From: Bugula neritina
Taxonomy: Eukaryota > Animalia > Bryozoa
NCBI GenBank assembly: GCA_964035545.1
Contig: OZ037767.1
Coordinates: 16,985,781 to 17,049,780 of the forward strand
Length of the DNA stretch: 64,000 nucleotides
Reading direction: 5' to 3'
Part shown: piece after piece, positions 1 to 13,700 of the stretch
Numbering within the stretch: position 1 is the first letter of the stretch
How the letters are laid out: every line of letters starts with the position of its first letter
Position numbers and translations under genes: made by a program
Notes under the pieces: model-generated
What the model was told of the DNA's origin: nothing
Databases searched by the model: none
Seen by the model: the letters and a program-made list of their open reading frames with translations, nothing else

Positions 1-1897
1 TGCTGTATATAGTATTACTACTCTGTGATATACTGTACATAGTATTACTACTCTGTGATATACTGTACATAGTATTACTACTCTGTGATATACTGTACAT
101 AGTATTACTACTCTGTGATATACTGTATATAGTATTACTACTCTGTGATATACTGTATATAGTATTACTACTCTGTGATATACCGTACATAGTATTACTA
201 CTCTGTGATATACTGTATATAGTATTACTACTCTGTGATATACTGTATATAGTATTACTACTCTGTGATATACTGTACATAGTATTACTACTCTGTGATA
301 TACTGTACATAGTATTACTACTCTGTGATATACTGTACATAGTATTACTACTCTGTGATATACTGTACATAGTATTACTACTCTGTGATATACTGTACAT
401 AGTATTACTACTCTGTGATATACTGTACATAGTATTACTACTCTGTGATATACTGTATATAGTATTACTACTCTGTGATATACTGTATATAGTATTACTA
501 CTCTGTTATATACTGTATATAGTATTACTACTCTGTGATATACTGTATATAGTATTACTACTCTGTGATATACTGTATATAGTATTACTACACTGTGATA
601 TACTGTACATAGTATTACTACACTGTGATATACTGTATATAGTATTACTACTCTGTGGTATACTGTATATAGTATTACTACTCTGTGATATACTGTATAT
701 AGTATTACTACTCTGTGATATACTGTACATAGTATTACTACTCTGTGATATACTGTATATAGTATTACTACTCTGTGGTATACTGTATATAGTATTACTA
801 CTCTGTGATACACTGTATATAGTATTACTACTCTGTATATAGTATTACTACTCTGTGATATACTGTATATAGTATTACTACTCTGTGATATACTGTACAT
901 AGTATTACTACTCTGTGATATACTGTACATAGTATTACTACTCTGTATATAGTATTACTACTCTGTGATATACTGTATATAGTATTACTACTCTGTGATA
1001 TACTGTACATAGTATTACTACTCTGTGATATACTGTATATAGTATTACTACTCTGTGATATACTGTATATAGTATTACTACTCTGTGATATACTGTATAT
1101 AGTATTACTACTCTGTGATATACTGTATATAGTATTACTACTCTGTGATATACTGTATATAGTATTACTACTCTGTGATATACTGTACGTAGTATTACTA
1201 CTCTGTGATATACTGTATATAGTATTACTACTCTGTGATATACTGTATATAGTATTACTACTCTGTGATATACTGTACGTAGTATTACTACTCTGTGATA
1301 TACTGTATATAGTATTACTACTCTGTGATATACTGTATATAGTATTACTACTCTGTGATATACTGTACATAGTATTACTACTCTGTGATATACTGTACAT
1401 AGTATTACTACTCTGTGATATACTGTACATAGTATTACTACTCTGTGATATACTGTATATAGTATTACTACTCTGTGATATACTGTATATAGTATTACTA
1501 CTCTGTTATATACTGTACATAGTATTACTACTCTGTGATATACTGTATATAGTATTACTACTCTGTGGTATACTGTATATAGTATTACTACTCTGTGATA
1601 TACTGTACATAGTATTACTGCTCTGTGGTATACTGTACATAGTATTACTACTCTGTGATATACTGTACATAGTATTACTACTCTGTGATATACTGTATAT
1701 AGTATTACTACTCTGTGATATACTGTACATAGTATTACTACTCTGTGATATACTGTACATAGTATTACTACTCTGTGACATACTGTATATAGTATTACTA
1801 CTCTGTGATATACTGTACATAGTATTACTACTCTGTGATATACTGTACATAGTATTACTACACTGTGATATACTGTACATAGTATTACTACTCTGTT
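1..1897. repeat. 30-bp tandem minisatellite (TACTGTAYATAGTATTACTACTCTGTGATA), intronic, ending at a splice acceptor
   Basis: About 63 near-identical units. The last unit runs into TTAACAG (AG 1901-1902), the acceptor of the exon at 1903. The array is truncated by the window start. Confidence 0.97.
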
Positions 1898-1902
1898 AAC
1901 AG

Positions 1903-4900
1903 CCTGGTCGCCAGCTCCAGCTCGACTATAGTGTCCAGCTCAGAAGGGTCAGGGCGGAGGTCAGCTACCTACGTAGTCTCTAGACGGAGCAGCGGGTCAG
2001 AGGTCAGCTTGACTAACACAGTCAGCGAGCTGAGGTCACTGACAGAACTCGAGGAAGGGAGGTAAGAACTCACTACGAGCAAGTGTAGCTTCAGGTTGGA
2101 TATGTATTGTGAGTACTGTGCTACTGTGGGCTCTCGTGTAGAATAATTGTCAGTAAAGAGACGTTACTTTCCTCACACAATTAGTATATATGAGGTGGGT
2201 GCAGTAATGAATGAATTGAGAAAAACTGGTGTTCTAAATTAGAAATGTACCATAAATAATTATGTTCTCACGAGAATTTCAACCTTCGCCCCAAACATAA
2301 ACTTTACATTAAATTTTAAGAACTTGGACTATCTCAATTTCTCCAACTACTGCTCCTAAATGTAGTATATATAGTTTGTAATGCCCCGTTATCAATATGT
2401 TTATTAGCTCAGCTCTCAGTCTCTCCTCCAGCCCACCTCGCAGCCTCTCTCTCAGCCCACCTCTCAGCCTCTCTCTCAGCCCACCTCGCAGCCTCTCTCT
2501 CAGCCCACCTCTCAGCCTCTCTCTCAGCCCACCTCTCAGCCTCTCTGCTCCTATACCTGACACGACACTCAGCTCTAGTCTCTCTCCAGCTTCGAGCTCG
2601 GCTGTAAGGGTTGTCTCGGGTTCCGCTCGCAGCCTCGCTCTCAGTGTGGCTCGCGGATTCCAGCCAGAGATGCCGTCAGCTTTGAGCTCAGCTGCGGCTG
2701 CTCCTGAAGACCAAAGTTCTCTCATAGAGTCAGTGACATATTTGGTCGATACGGCAACACACGACTCTACATGTACACAGAGTGGTGCTTCTTCTGTACC
2801 CAACACCTCCGCACTCAGAGCTCCTCCACTGCTAGTCTTCAGCTCAGCTCTTGGGTTTGTGTCCAGCTCCTCAATAAGTTCAGATTGTAGTCTGGCTCAG
2901 GGAGTGACTACTGGCACGTTTTCAGCCTTGAGCTCCACTTGCAGTTCTTCTATGAGCCCCGCTGATAGCCATGGAAGTCCACCTTCTGCTGCAACACCCT
3001 GTGACTTGAGCTCGGCATGCAGTTCTGTCCATAGTCTCGCTGCCTCCCTTGGACACCCGCCATCTCCTGGCACACCATCTGCCTTGAGCTCGGCCTGTAG
3101 TTCTTCTATAAGCCTCACTGCCAGTCTAGGAGCTCTGCCATCTCTTGGAACTCCATCACTTTTGAGCTCGGCTTGTAGCTCTATTCTGAGCCTTGATGAT
3201 AGCCATGGAGATCCATTGGCTGCTGCAACACCATCTGACTTGAGCTTGGCTTGCAGTTCTGTCCATAGTCTCGCTGCCTCCCTTGGACACTCGCCATCTC
3301 CTGGCACACCATCTGCCTTGAGCTCGGCTTGCAGTTCTTCTATAAGCCTCGCTGCCAGTCTAGGTACTCCGCCATCTCCTGGCACATCATCTGCCTTGAG
3401 CTTGACATGCAGCTCTGTTCTGAGCCTTGATGATAGCCATGGATGCCTGCCATCTCCTGGTACTCCGTCAATCCTTAACTCGGCTTGCAGTTCTACTACA
3501 AGCCTCGCTGCCTCTCTAGGAGTTTCACATTCAGCTTTAAACTTGGCTTGTAGCTCTTCTATAAGTCTCACCGCCAGCCATGGAAGTCCTCCATCTGCTG
3601 CAACGCCATCAGTCCTGAGCTTGGCTTGCAGTTTGGTTACAAACCTCAATGATAGTCATGGAGATCCACTGTCTTTTGCGACACCGTCTGCCCTGAGCTT
3701 AACACCAAGGTCAGTTGACGAGACTGCCTCCAGCTCTTCTTCAACTTCAGCAGGAACTGAATCCTGCTACACATTGCAAGACACTCTCATCCCGACTGTT
3801 CGCCCAACACGCTCTCTATTTTCCTGTGACACTTTCGACTGTGAGATGGATTCGTCGGCCGGGGAAATCAGTAATCATGTCTCTTCATCTCAAAAAAGTT
3901 TGCACAGGTTAGAAAGTAATATTTGTTAGTAAAATTTGTTGAAGTACTGCTAAAATAATTTTACAATTATTCCCCCGATAAATAAAGCTAGAAAACACAT
4001 TTCATCTACTTTAATCTACTTTAATCTACTAAGTTGATGGAAAAAAGCTCTTCTGTCGTCTAGAAGCAGCCACTTATGTGTTTAGCTACTTTCTCAGTCC
4101 CTCCATGTTATTCCTGCTACATACTTCTTATAATAAATTGTACCTTTACAGTGTGACTGTGAGCGTTAGTGATAAGGCCATTCAGGCCGATCCAGTCCAC
4201 CATGACGGTCCAGCCCATAAGGCCATCCAAGCTGACCCGGTTTGCCAGGCTGATTCAGCCCACAAGGCTATCCAGGCCAATTCAGTCCACCAGGTCGATT
4301 CAGTCTACCAGGACAGTCCAGCCCAACAAGCTGGTCCAGCTCATGAGGCCATCCAAGCTGATTCAGTTCACCAAGCTGATCTAGCCCACCAGGCCGGTCC
4401 AGCCCACGGTGATGTCAGACCTACTCAGAGCCACTCTACTCAGTGTGCGCACCATGTTAGTGACACGCTGTCTGCTGCTGTGCAAACTCTAGACAGCAAA
4501 GTTACTGAGGAGAGGTAAGAAAACTCCATATAGTTTATTTGTTGTATTTTCACTTCTTCCTCCATTAATATTCATATTCCGTATTATACATGTATTATCT
4601 CTTTATTTCTTTCAACTTCACTTCTTTACACACGCGTCCAGTTCAGCATTTTGACAGCGTATGCAGTGTACTGCCATCATATCTCTATGCCGTTCTTCAG
4701 CCTCTTTTCTATTTATGTTCAGCTCACCTCCAGCTGGTCCTCCGACACCAGAAGACAAAGCTAGTCCTGCTGGTCTAGACGGTAAGGTGGAGTCTCCAGT
4801 GGCTGTGCCAGGCTGCAGCAGAGAGAGGTGAGTAGCTCGTTGTGTACGGCGTAACTCAGTCTGATGTACTTCAGCTCTACAGAGCTTAGTTGTCCGTGTG

Positions 4901-7260
4901 GAGCCACGTTTAATATATATACTCTTGTCATCTATAGATCTACCACTAGCCTCGCTGTCAGCCACTTCTTATATGGTGACGGTCCGAACTCGAACCGCAG
5001 TTCCAACCTTGACTCTGTTTCCACTTCCTCTCTGGAATCTGTCCATAGCTCGGCTCTCGGCTATACAACCACGACCAGTGTCGATGATTATTCACCTCAG
5101 CCAGATGTCCGGGGATGGACTCTCAGTCCAGTACACAGTTTCACCTTCTCTGGGAGTTCCAACTCTGAGAGTAATCATGAGACTTTCGTCAAAGAACACT
5201 TCGAGCCAAGGTTAGAACCTCACCATATGCTGTTTCCTGCCTGTATCACTTGTCAGCGTAGAGAAAGCTGCTAACAGAAAGTGTAGATAGCATAGCAGCT
5301 GATTCATTATTTCTCATTTTAGTACATCCAGACCACAACCACGCTGGAGAACTCTAATGTCTGGGATGGCTGTTCCTGTTAGCAGACTCATTAGGAGGCC
5401 TGTCACCATTCCTCCCACCGTCAGGTATGTCTACCACCAAGTTATGTAACATTGTCTGGTACGTAATTTTCTCTACAGCTGTATAGTTATGTCAACCACT
5501 AAGTTATGAACTCCCTTCAATGTTGAAGTGAGTTGAGTTGTAGTTGTAGTTGTAGTTGAGTTGTAGTTGAACTTGTTGTTATATTCTCCAGACCGGCTGC
5601 CCACGCTGTGTATGTTGGTGGAGCACCTCCAGCAGTGCAGTGTGTTACCGCTTTCCTGCCCACTCCACGGCTCTATGGAGCACCAGCCATGAGAGCTAGC
5701 TCAAGCAGAGGGTTGAATGGAGCGAGGTAGGACTAAAACATGTACAGTTTTGGTGGGAAAAAGTATTTCATAATAAAATAAGTCTACTGGTGTATTTGAA
5801 ATGTGCTGTGTAGTAAATTATTTACGTCATAAACAGAATCTGGTTATATTTATATTATTATAATACAAACATGATCCAATTATATTCTGTCTTTCACAGC
5901 ACTGTCACCCGATGCCTTTGCCGAAAGGAAGTTCCGGCAAGCTCGATGCTGAAGCGGTATAGCTCAGAGCACGTGTTTGACCTTGGCCCTTCTACTAAGA
6001 GATCGTCTGACACCTATTCGAGATCTAGTAGAAAAGGGTGAGCACATTTTCTCAACTGTGTTTGCGTTTAAGATTCAGAGCTGTGAATTATATAACTTAT
6101 GCTCTCTCAATACATACAACTCTCAATATAGGTGTAATCCATTGGGTGGGTGTACCAATACTTATACTGAAGTTGAGTGTAAACTTGTTCATTCTACTAT
6201 GCTCATGATATATTAGTTTGAGCTGACTACAACTACGTGTCTGTATTTTTAGCGCCAATCTTCTATGTTCATGTCACGGGGAGCACACCGACTGTGAGGA
6301 AAGGTAAGAACTGTAGAGTTTGCTTTCTAATGAGGGATATGTGTTGCAATGGTTGTATTTCATTTCTACCACTGAACCTTTTATTTGTAAAGTTTTCCAG
6401 CTGTTTGTCAGCATGCATTGGAGTTATTTCCTGTTGAGGTACAGCAGCTGAGTAGTCAGTATTGCTGTGAAATCTGAACATCAATAGAGTTGTAATACTT
6501 TAGTTTGATACCTTTTAGCACAATCTCTGAGAGTGAGTCACTGCAAGCCTGTGCTGGAAAGGGTAAGCAGCCGGCTAAGAAACCGCTTAGAAAGGGACCT
6601 CTTAAACAAGGTTCTCTCACAAAAGGACCTCTTAAGAAGGGACCTCTCACAAAAGGACCTCTTAAGAAGGGACCTCTCACAAAAGGACCTTTCAAAAACG
6701 GACCTCCTAAAAAAGGACCTCTTACAAAAGGACCTCTCACAAAAGGACCTCCTAAGAAAGGACCTCTTAATAAAGGACCTCTTACAAAAGGACCTCCTAA
6801 AAAGACACAGCTTAGAAAGTCATTAACTAATGGCAGAGCACCAGCTTCCAACCGCCAAGCTGGAGGTGTTGGAAATCGTCTGGGGCCTCCAAAAAGAGGA
6901 GCTTTGAGCAAAGCACCAAAATTAGGGGCAAAGACCCCTGTAGCTCCTAAAAGAAATGCACCTAGTTCCGGGAGCAAGCTAGGCTCACGTGCTGCAGCGT
7001 CTAAAAAGAAGCAGTCATGTCCTGATGTGTTCACCAGGCTGTCAAGTACACCTCTGCGCGGCGCACCCAGGCGGCTGAACAGCACTCCAGCTGTCAAGCC
7101 ACCAGTCAAGTCAAAAACGTCTCGGCCAGCAACCTTACTTAGTCAGCAGTCCTCTTCTGCCCCACAGCGCAAGATGAGGCAGTTGAATGCCTCGAAAGCA
7201 TCGGCTAATAATCTAGAGAAGCGTTGTCCAGTGCTGGAACAGCGCATTCGCAAATCATAG
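1903..7260 (+). CDS. Uncharacterised low-complexity protein, Ser-rich with a Lys/Pro-rich basic C-terminus; 3' part, 10 exons visible, about 1190 aa
   Basis: Exons 1903-2061, 2408-3907, 4152-4514, 4723-4827, 4938-5210, 5323-5424, 5592-5726, 5900-6037, 6253-6303 and 6519-7260 are all bounded by AG/GT. They splice into one open frame that links ORFs 2397-3929, 4078-4518, 4864-5274 and 6505-7260. Stop TAG at 7258-7260; AATAAA at about 7484. No family recognised. Confidence 0.75.
2420..3700 (+). repeat. Coding repeats in the 1500-bp exon: 24-bp SLSLSPP(R/L) units and about 13 60-bp (20-aa) units
   Basis: SLSLSPP(R/L) about x5 at 2420-2545. Then recurrent units resembling SLAASLGxPPSPGTPSALSSACSS, one Cys each, about 2920-3700. 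Confidence 0.85.
6590..6803 (+). repeat. 15-bp coding repeat giving 14 K-G-P-x-x pentapeptides
   Basis: AAAGGACCTCT(T/C)ACA-type units; translation KGPLK QGSLT KGPLK KGPLT ... KGPPK in ORF 6505-7260. Confidence 0.92.
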
Positions 7261-7721
7261 TCTCCCGAACTTCTCAGTCCGAGTTGTTTGGTGGTAGACT
7301 GTTGTTGGTTGCAGTTATCCTTGTGTAATGTGTCTCATTGTGCAGGTGGAATACAATGTATCTCATCCATTGATGTCTCTGATTCTGTTGGCTTGTACAG
7401 CCGCTACTTCTACTTTTACTGCTACTACTATTACTACTGCGCACACTACTCAGTACACTAAGCCTGAGGATGACTGGATCATCAATAAAGAGCTGGACTC
7501 TACAAATACAGCAAACCTCTGAACGACGTGAATGGTTCATCTACTAAGGGTAGATGCGCCTCGTCCCGTAGTGATGCTGTGGTTCACCAGGCACATCAAG
7601 ACGGTCATCTGATTACTGGTTCTTGAGAAATGGTCAGGTAGCTAGATAGAGACACTAAACTCTGCAGCTCACCAACATTTCTCATTCTCTCCCCTTTCGG
7701 CACATTTTCTTTCGCTATTCA

Positions 7722-10700
7722 AACCTTTATTTCTTCTCCTCTTTGATGAAAGAATATAACTCAATGTGACTGGTGATCTTTATTAGTAAAGGTAAGCTTT
7801 TCTCTCTGTTTGTATTTGTTTATGCTCTTGCTGTTGATTACAAAATCAATATGTATTTAAGTCAATTACAAGATCTGCTAATTTACTAATATAAAGAGAT
7901 ATTTATTAAAGATTAGTGTGAGCAGCAATCTTTTTTTCTGAACAATAGCAGGCCAGCTATGTTTTAAATATATATATATTGTTGTAGATTTATTTCGAAA
8001 AATGAATATTACACTACGGCTGGTGTCCTCACATATTTAGTTGGGTTAAATGAAGATTATTCTCTGAAACAGTTTTGCACCTCAGACCTTTACTAGTTGG
8101 TTCCACTAAAACGCACAAAGAAGTATTGGCCAACAACTTTGCTTAGTCAGCAGTCCCCTTCTGCCCCACAGCGCACGGTGAGGCAGTTGAATGCTTCGAA
8201 AGCATCAGCTGCTGATTGAGAAGAGCATTGCCTTGTGCTGGAAAAGCGCGTAGCAGAATAGAGCAGAGCTGGACTCTACAAATACAGCAAACTCTGAACG
8301 ACGTGAATGGTTCATCTACTAAGGGTAGACGCGCCTCGTCCCGTAGTGATGCTGTGGTTTACCAGGCACATCAAGACGGTCATCTGATTACTGGTTCTTG
8401 AGAAATTATCAGATAGCTAGATAGAGACACCAAACTCTGCAGCTGACCAACATTTCTCATTCTCTCCTCTTTCGGCACATTTTCTTTCGCTATTCCTTCT
8501 TCTCTCTGGTTGAATTTGACTGAGGATCTGTATTAGTGAAGGTAAAGGTAAGCTTTTCTCTAAATTTTAAAACATTATTTTCTGTTTGTATCTTTTTTTA
8601 CTATAGAAACGCCACCTCTTGCTGCTTAGTACAAAACATGCATTTCGGTCAATTGCAAGATTTGCTAACTCACAGATATGAAGGGTTAAATACTAAAGCT
8701 TGATGTCAACAGTAATCCATTTTTCTTTCTTAACAAAAACAGGCCAGCTATGCATATTTTATTATTAAATTATATATTTTGTTGTAGATTTATTTCAGAA
8801 GAATGAATATCACACTAAGGCTGGTATCCTCACATATTTGGCTGAGTTGAATGAAGATTATTCTCTGGAATAGTTTCACACCTCAGGACTTTACAGAAGA
8901 AACAAACGTTCTGTTAAGAACTTCTTTCTGTTGGGCAAATGTCTGAATATTCATCACTCGAGATCACAATTGCACCTGAACTTCTGAATTTCAAGCTGAC
9001 TGCAATACTGACTCAAGCTTGGCAGTGTTCAGGTAAGCTTTTTTAATATTTCTTTTTTCTAATTATCTACATCGTGACTGAGTAAAATTTAGTTAGAATA
9101 CTTTTTATAACTTTTTTGAGCCAATTATGATTACAAGCTTATAGAAAATATACTTAGTTTAATATTTATGCACACTTTTCATCATCATTACCTATACTGG
9201 TAATCAATCTTGTAGATGATACAAATCCTTTTAAGGCTGGTAAAAACACTACTAGGTGTGCATTGGATGAGCAACATATTCCTCATTCTCTACTCTGTAT
9301 GTTGACATTCACACATCTACATCTTAGTAAACTGAAGAGTAGTTTATTAGTGGATCTTCTTAAAAATCCTCTACAATAAATACTCGGCTGGACACACCAT
9401 GTCTTTCACTGTTGGTCAGATGACTCCAAAACTCCATATAGAGGTGAGTCCTTCTTCTATATTCTCTTAGCATTTTGTTTCTTGACTTCCTATAATATCC
9501 GGTTAGAAGGTTTCTCAGCATGTTTCTGTCAGTGTTTTTAAATGCATACTTTTTAACTTTTCTCTCCTATCATGCATAGAACGTTCTTTTAAAGGTTGTT
9601 GATACAATTTTTAGAGAATAGTTTAATTTCTGCACCTAATAGACATATTAAATATTATAGATGGTGATATCACTTGTTGGCTGGTACAATACTACATTGT
9701 TAGTGGGTTCTCAACTCTGCAAATTTGCACTTCTGGTGCATCTCTCCTGGATTTCAAGTAGACGGAACAGTATTTTACTTCTCAAAACATTTACTAGATT
9801 GCATTTCTCAATGAGCCAACAGAACATGTCTCCAATTCTTATTTTCGAATTTGGGGATGGAAGAATTTAGGCTGGAGTTGAGTCAGATGTGGATCATCTT
9901 ACTAACATAGAACATTCTATTCTACCAGAGCAATGGTGAGTTTGTGAAATTCTTCTAAAAACTGTGATCTGCTGTGAGGACAGACTTGTGTGAGTATTCG
10001 ATGGCAATAGTTGACGTAATTCTTTCAAGAGTTAAAGTTGCTGTGGTAAATGATTATTAATATGTTATGATGATTTTTGCAGAGTCTCTCACTGAATCTA
10101 TATTACTTGTCTGACTGGTACAATCAATGATAGATGATGATTCCACTTTCTTCTCCTTATAAATGTCTGGATTCTATTAATAGACTGTCACAGATATCTG
10201 CTGGTCTCAGAGCCTCTCCACTGGCAACTCTGTTCAGAGTTTAACTTCTTCCTATCTTGTTATAATATAGGTGAGTTCATGTAGTAGCAGATAAGGCACA
10301 ATTTAATTTCTCTCATTTCCATTATCATTGCACAATGGTCAGGCTGTCTATAAGTTTGACTATGAAGATGTATTATAAGTTCTATCAGAAACTATTATAT
10401 CTTGCTCAGGCACTTCAGTAAAACAATATTAAGCTAGTTAATATCAAACAGGTTTAAAAGTTTGAGTTGTCTACAGCATTGCTATTTCATCGAAACTTAT
10501 GCTTCAACATTCTTATATGACTTTTTAGTTTCTGCACACATCAGACAAGATCTTCATCTTGATTTCTCACAATACTTGCTGGGCTGAGATAAAACCCGTT
10601 TACATATTCTGTTGAGAACTTCTCACTTTCTGTTCTGCAAGCTTCATCACTCGAGATCACAATTGCACCTGAGCTTCTGAATTTACAAGTAAACTGAGTC

Positions 10701-13700
10701 AACGTTACAGAACTTTATCAAAGTAATATACTCAAGTTTCCACTTGCACTTGGCTCAGGTAAGTTAGTTTTAGTTTTGTTTGCCACAGGTCAATTTTTAT
10801 AGTTTTCAAATTGTTTTAGTAATTTTGTGCGTCAACTTAGATTACAAGCTTTGAGAAGAGATGCTAAAATAAAATATTATGTTAAAAATTATGTTTTATC
10901 ATCACTTATATTCTATAATAATTATATAACATTTTGTAGATGCGGTACAAAATCCTGTTTGGCTGGTAAAAACACTTCCACATTCTTATTGGACTACAAT
11001 TATTTCTGCACTTCTGAATTTTAAGTAAATCTCCATCCTACTGTGTTCAAGCCTGAGAAGTAAGTTCATTTAAAGAGTTATTATTTCTGTTTTCTGAGTT
11101 AATGCAGTTTTGGCACTTCTGGTTAATTAATATGGATCAATGTTCAGTGGCGGAAATATTAAATTAATTCTTTAAACTAGCTTCTAATCATTAGTTATAG
11201 CCAGTTAGGAACTCTTGTAGGTGATACAAAATCTTGGCTGGCTGGTGAAAACAGACAAGATCTTCTCTTTGACATGTCACAATACTGGTTGGGCTGAAAG
11301 CAACACTTTAATGTTCTGCTGAGAATTTTATCATAACTTCCACATGCTTTCTTCAAGTATTCATCACTTGAGAACTTGGCACATTCCAATTTCAAGTCAA
11401 TAAACAGTTCATGTCTACAGTTTTTAAGATATGCAGAACCTTTATTCCTTCTTCTCTCTGGTTAAAGAATATAACTCAATGTGACTGGTGATCTTTATTA
11501 ATAAAGGTTAGCTTTTCTTTCTGTTTGTATTTGTTTATACTCTTGCTGTTGATTACAAAATTAATATGTGTTTTAGTCAATTGCAAGATCTGCTAGTTTA
11601 CTAATATAAAGAGATATTTATTAAAGATTGGTGTGAGCAGCAATCTTTTTTTCTGCACAATAGCAGACCAGCTATGTTTTAAAAATATACATATTGTTGT
11701 AGATTTATTTCGGAAGAATGAATATTACACTAAGGCTGGTATCCTCACATATTTGGTTGGGTTGAATGAAGATTATTCTCTGAAACAGTTTTGCACCTCA
11801 GACCTTTACTAGTTGGTTCCACTAAAACGCACAAAGAAGTATTGGCCAACAACTTTGCTTAGTCAGCAGTCCCCTTCTGCCCCACAGCGCAAGGTGAGGC
11901 AGTTGAATGCCTTGAAAGCATCGGCTGCTGACCGAGAAAAGCATTGTCTGGTGCTGGAAAAGCGCGTAGCAGAATAGAGCAGAGCTGGACTCTACAAATA
12001 CAGCAAACTCTGAACGACGTGAATGGTTCATCTACTAAGGGTAGATGCGCCTCATCCCGTAGTGATGCTGTGGTTTACCAGGCACATCAAGACGGTCATC
12101 TGATTACTGGTTCTTGAGAAATGATCAGATAGCTAGATAGAGACACCAAACTCTGCAGCTGACCAACATTTCTCATTCTCTCCTCTTTTGGCACATTTTC
12201 TTTCGCTATTTAAACCTTTATTCCTTCTTCTCTCTGGTTGAATGTGACTGATGATGTTTATTGGTAAAGGTAAGCTTTTCTCTAAATTTTAAAACATTAT
12301 TTTCTGTTTGTATATTTTTATACTATAGAAACGCCACCTCTTGCTGCTGATTACAAAACACCCATTTTGCAAGAATTGGTAATTCACAGATATAAAGGGT
12401 TAAATACTAAAGCTTGATGTAAACAGCAATCCCATTTTTCTTGCTTAACAAAAACAGGCCGACTGTGCATATTTTATTATTAAATTATAGATTTTATTGT
12501 AGACTTATTTCGGAAGCATGAATATCACTCTAAGGCTGGTATCCTCACATATTTGGCTGAGCTGAATAAAGATTAATCTCTGGAATATTTTCACACCTCA
12601 GGAGTTTACAGAAGAAACAAAACTTCTGTTAAAAACTTCTTTCTGTTGGGCAAACGTCTGAATATTCATCACTCGAGATCACAATTGCACCTGAACTTCT
12701 GAATTTCAAGCTGACTGCAATACTGACTCAAGCTTGGCAGTGTTCAGGTAAGTTTTTTTTAATATTTCTTTTTTCTAATTATCTACATCGTGACCGAGTG
12801 AAATTCATTTGAGATAGTTTTTTTCTAATTTTTTTGGGCCACTTAGGATTACAAGCTTATAGAAAATATACTAAGTTTAATATTTATGCACACTTTTCAT
12901 CATCATTACCTATGCTGTTATTGAATCTTGTAGATGATACAATCCCTGTTTGGCTGGTAAAACACTTCCAGATGTGCATTGGATGAGCAACATATTCCTT
13001 ATTCTCTACTCTGTATGTTGACATTCACACATCTACATCTTAGTAAACTGAAGAGTAGTTTATTTGTGGATCTTCTTAGAACTCCTCTACAATAAATAGT
13101 CGGCTGGACACACCATGTCTTTCACTGTTGGTCAGATGACTCCAAAACTCCATATAGAAGTGAGTCCTTCTTCTTCATTCTCTTAGCATTTTGTTTCTTG
13201 AATTCCTATAATATCTGGTTAGAAGGTCTCTCAGCATGTTTCTGTCAGTGTTTTTAAATGCATACTTTTTAACTTTTCTCTCCTGTCATGCATAGAACGT
13301 TCTTTTAAAGGTTGTTGATACAATTTTTACATAATAGTTTAATTTCTGCACCTATAAATATAGACATATTAAATATTATAGATGGTGATATCACTTGTTG
13401 GCTGGTACAATACTATAACATTGTTGGTGGATTCTCAACTCTGTATCTCTCCTGGATTTCAAGTAGACGGAACAGTATTCTACCTCTCAAAACAGTTACT
13501 AGATTGCATTTCTCAATGAGTCAACAGAACATGTATCCAATTCTTATTTTCGAATTTGGGGATGGAAGAATTTAGGCTGGAGTTAAGCCAGATGTGGATC
13601 ATCTTACTAACATAGAACATTCTATTCTACTAGAGCAATGGTGAGTTTGTGAAATTCTTCTAAAAATCTGTGATCTGCTGTGATGACAATCTTGTGTAAG

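Noticed and set aside
506-1880. Minus-strand ORFs of YSISQSSNTI repeats
   Set aside because: By-product of a 30-bp intronic minisatellite lacking stops in one frame; antisense to the spliced + gene.
2309-3649. Minus-strand ORFs 2309-2806 and 2897-3649 (also 6456-7109)
   Set aside because: Antisense shadows of repetitive + strand exons; splice signals and frame continuity support only the + strand.
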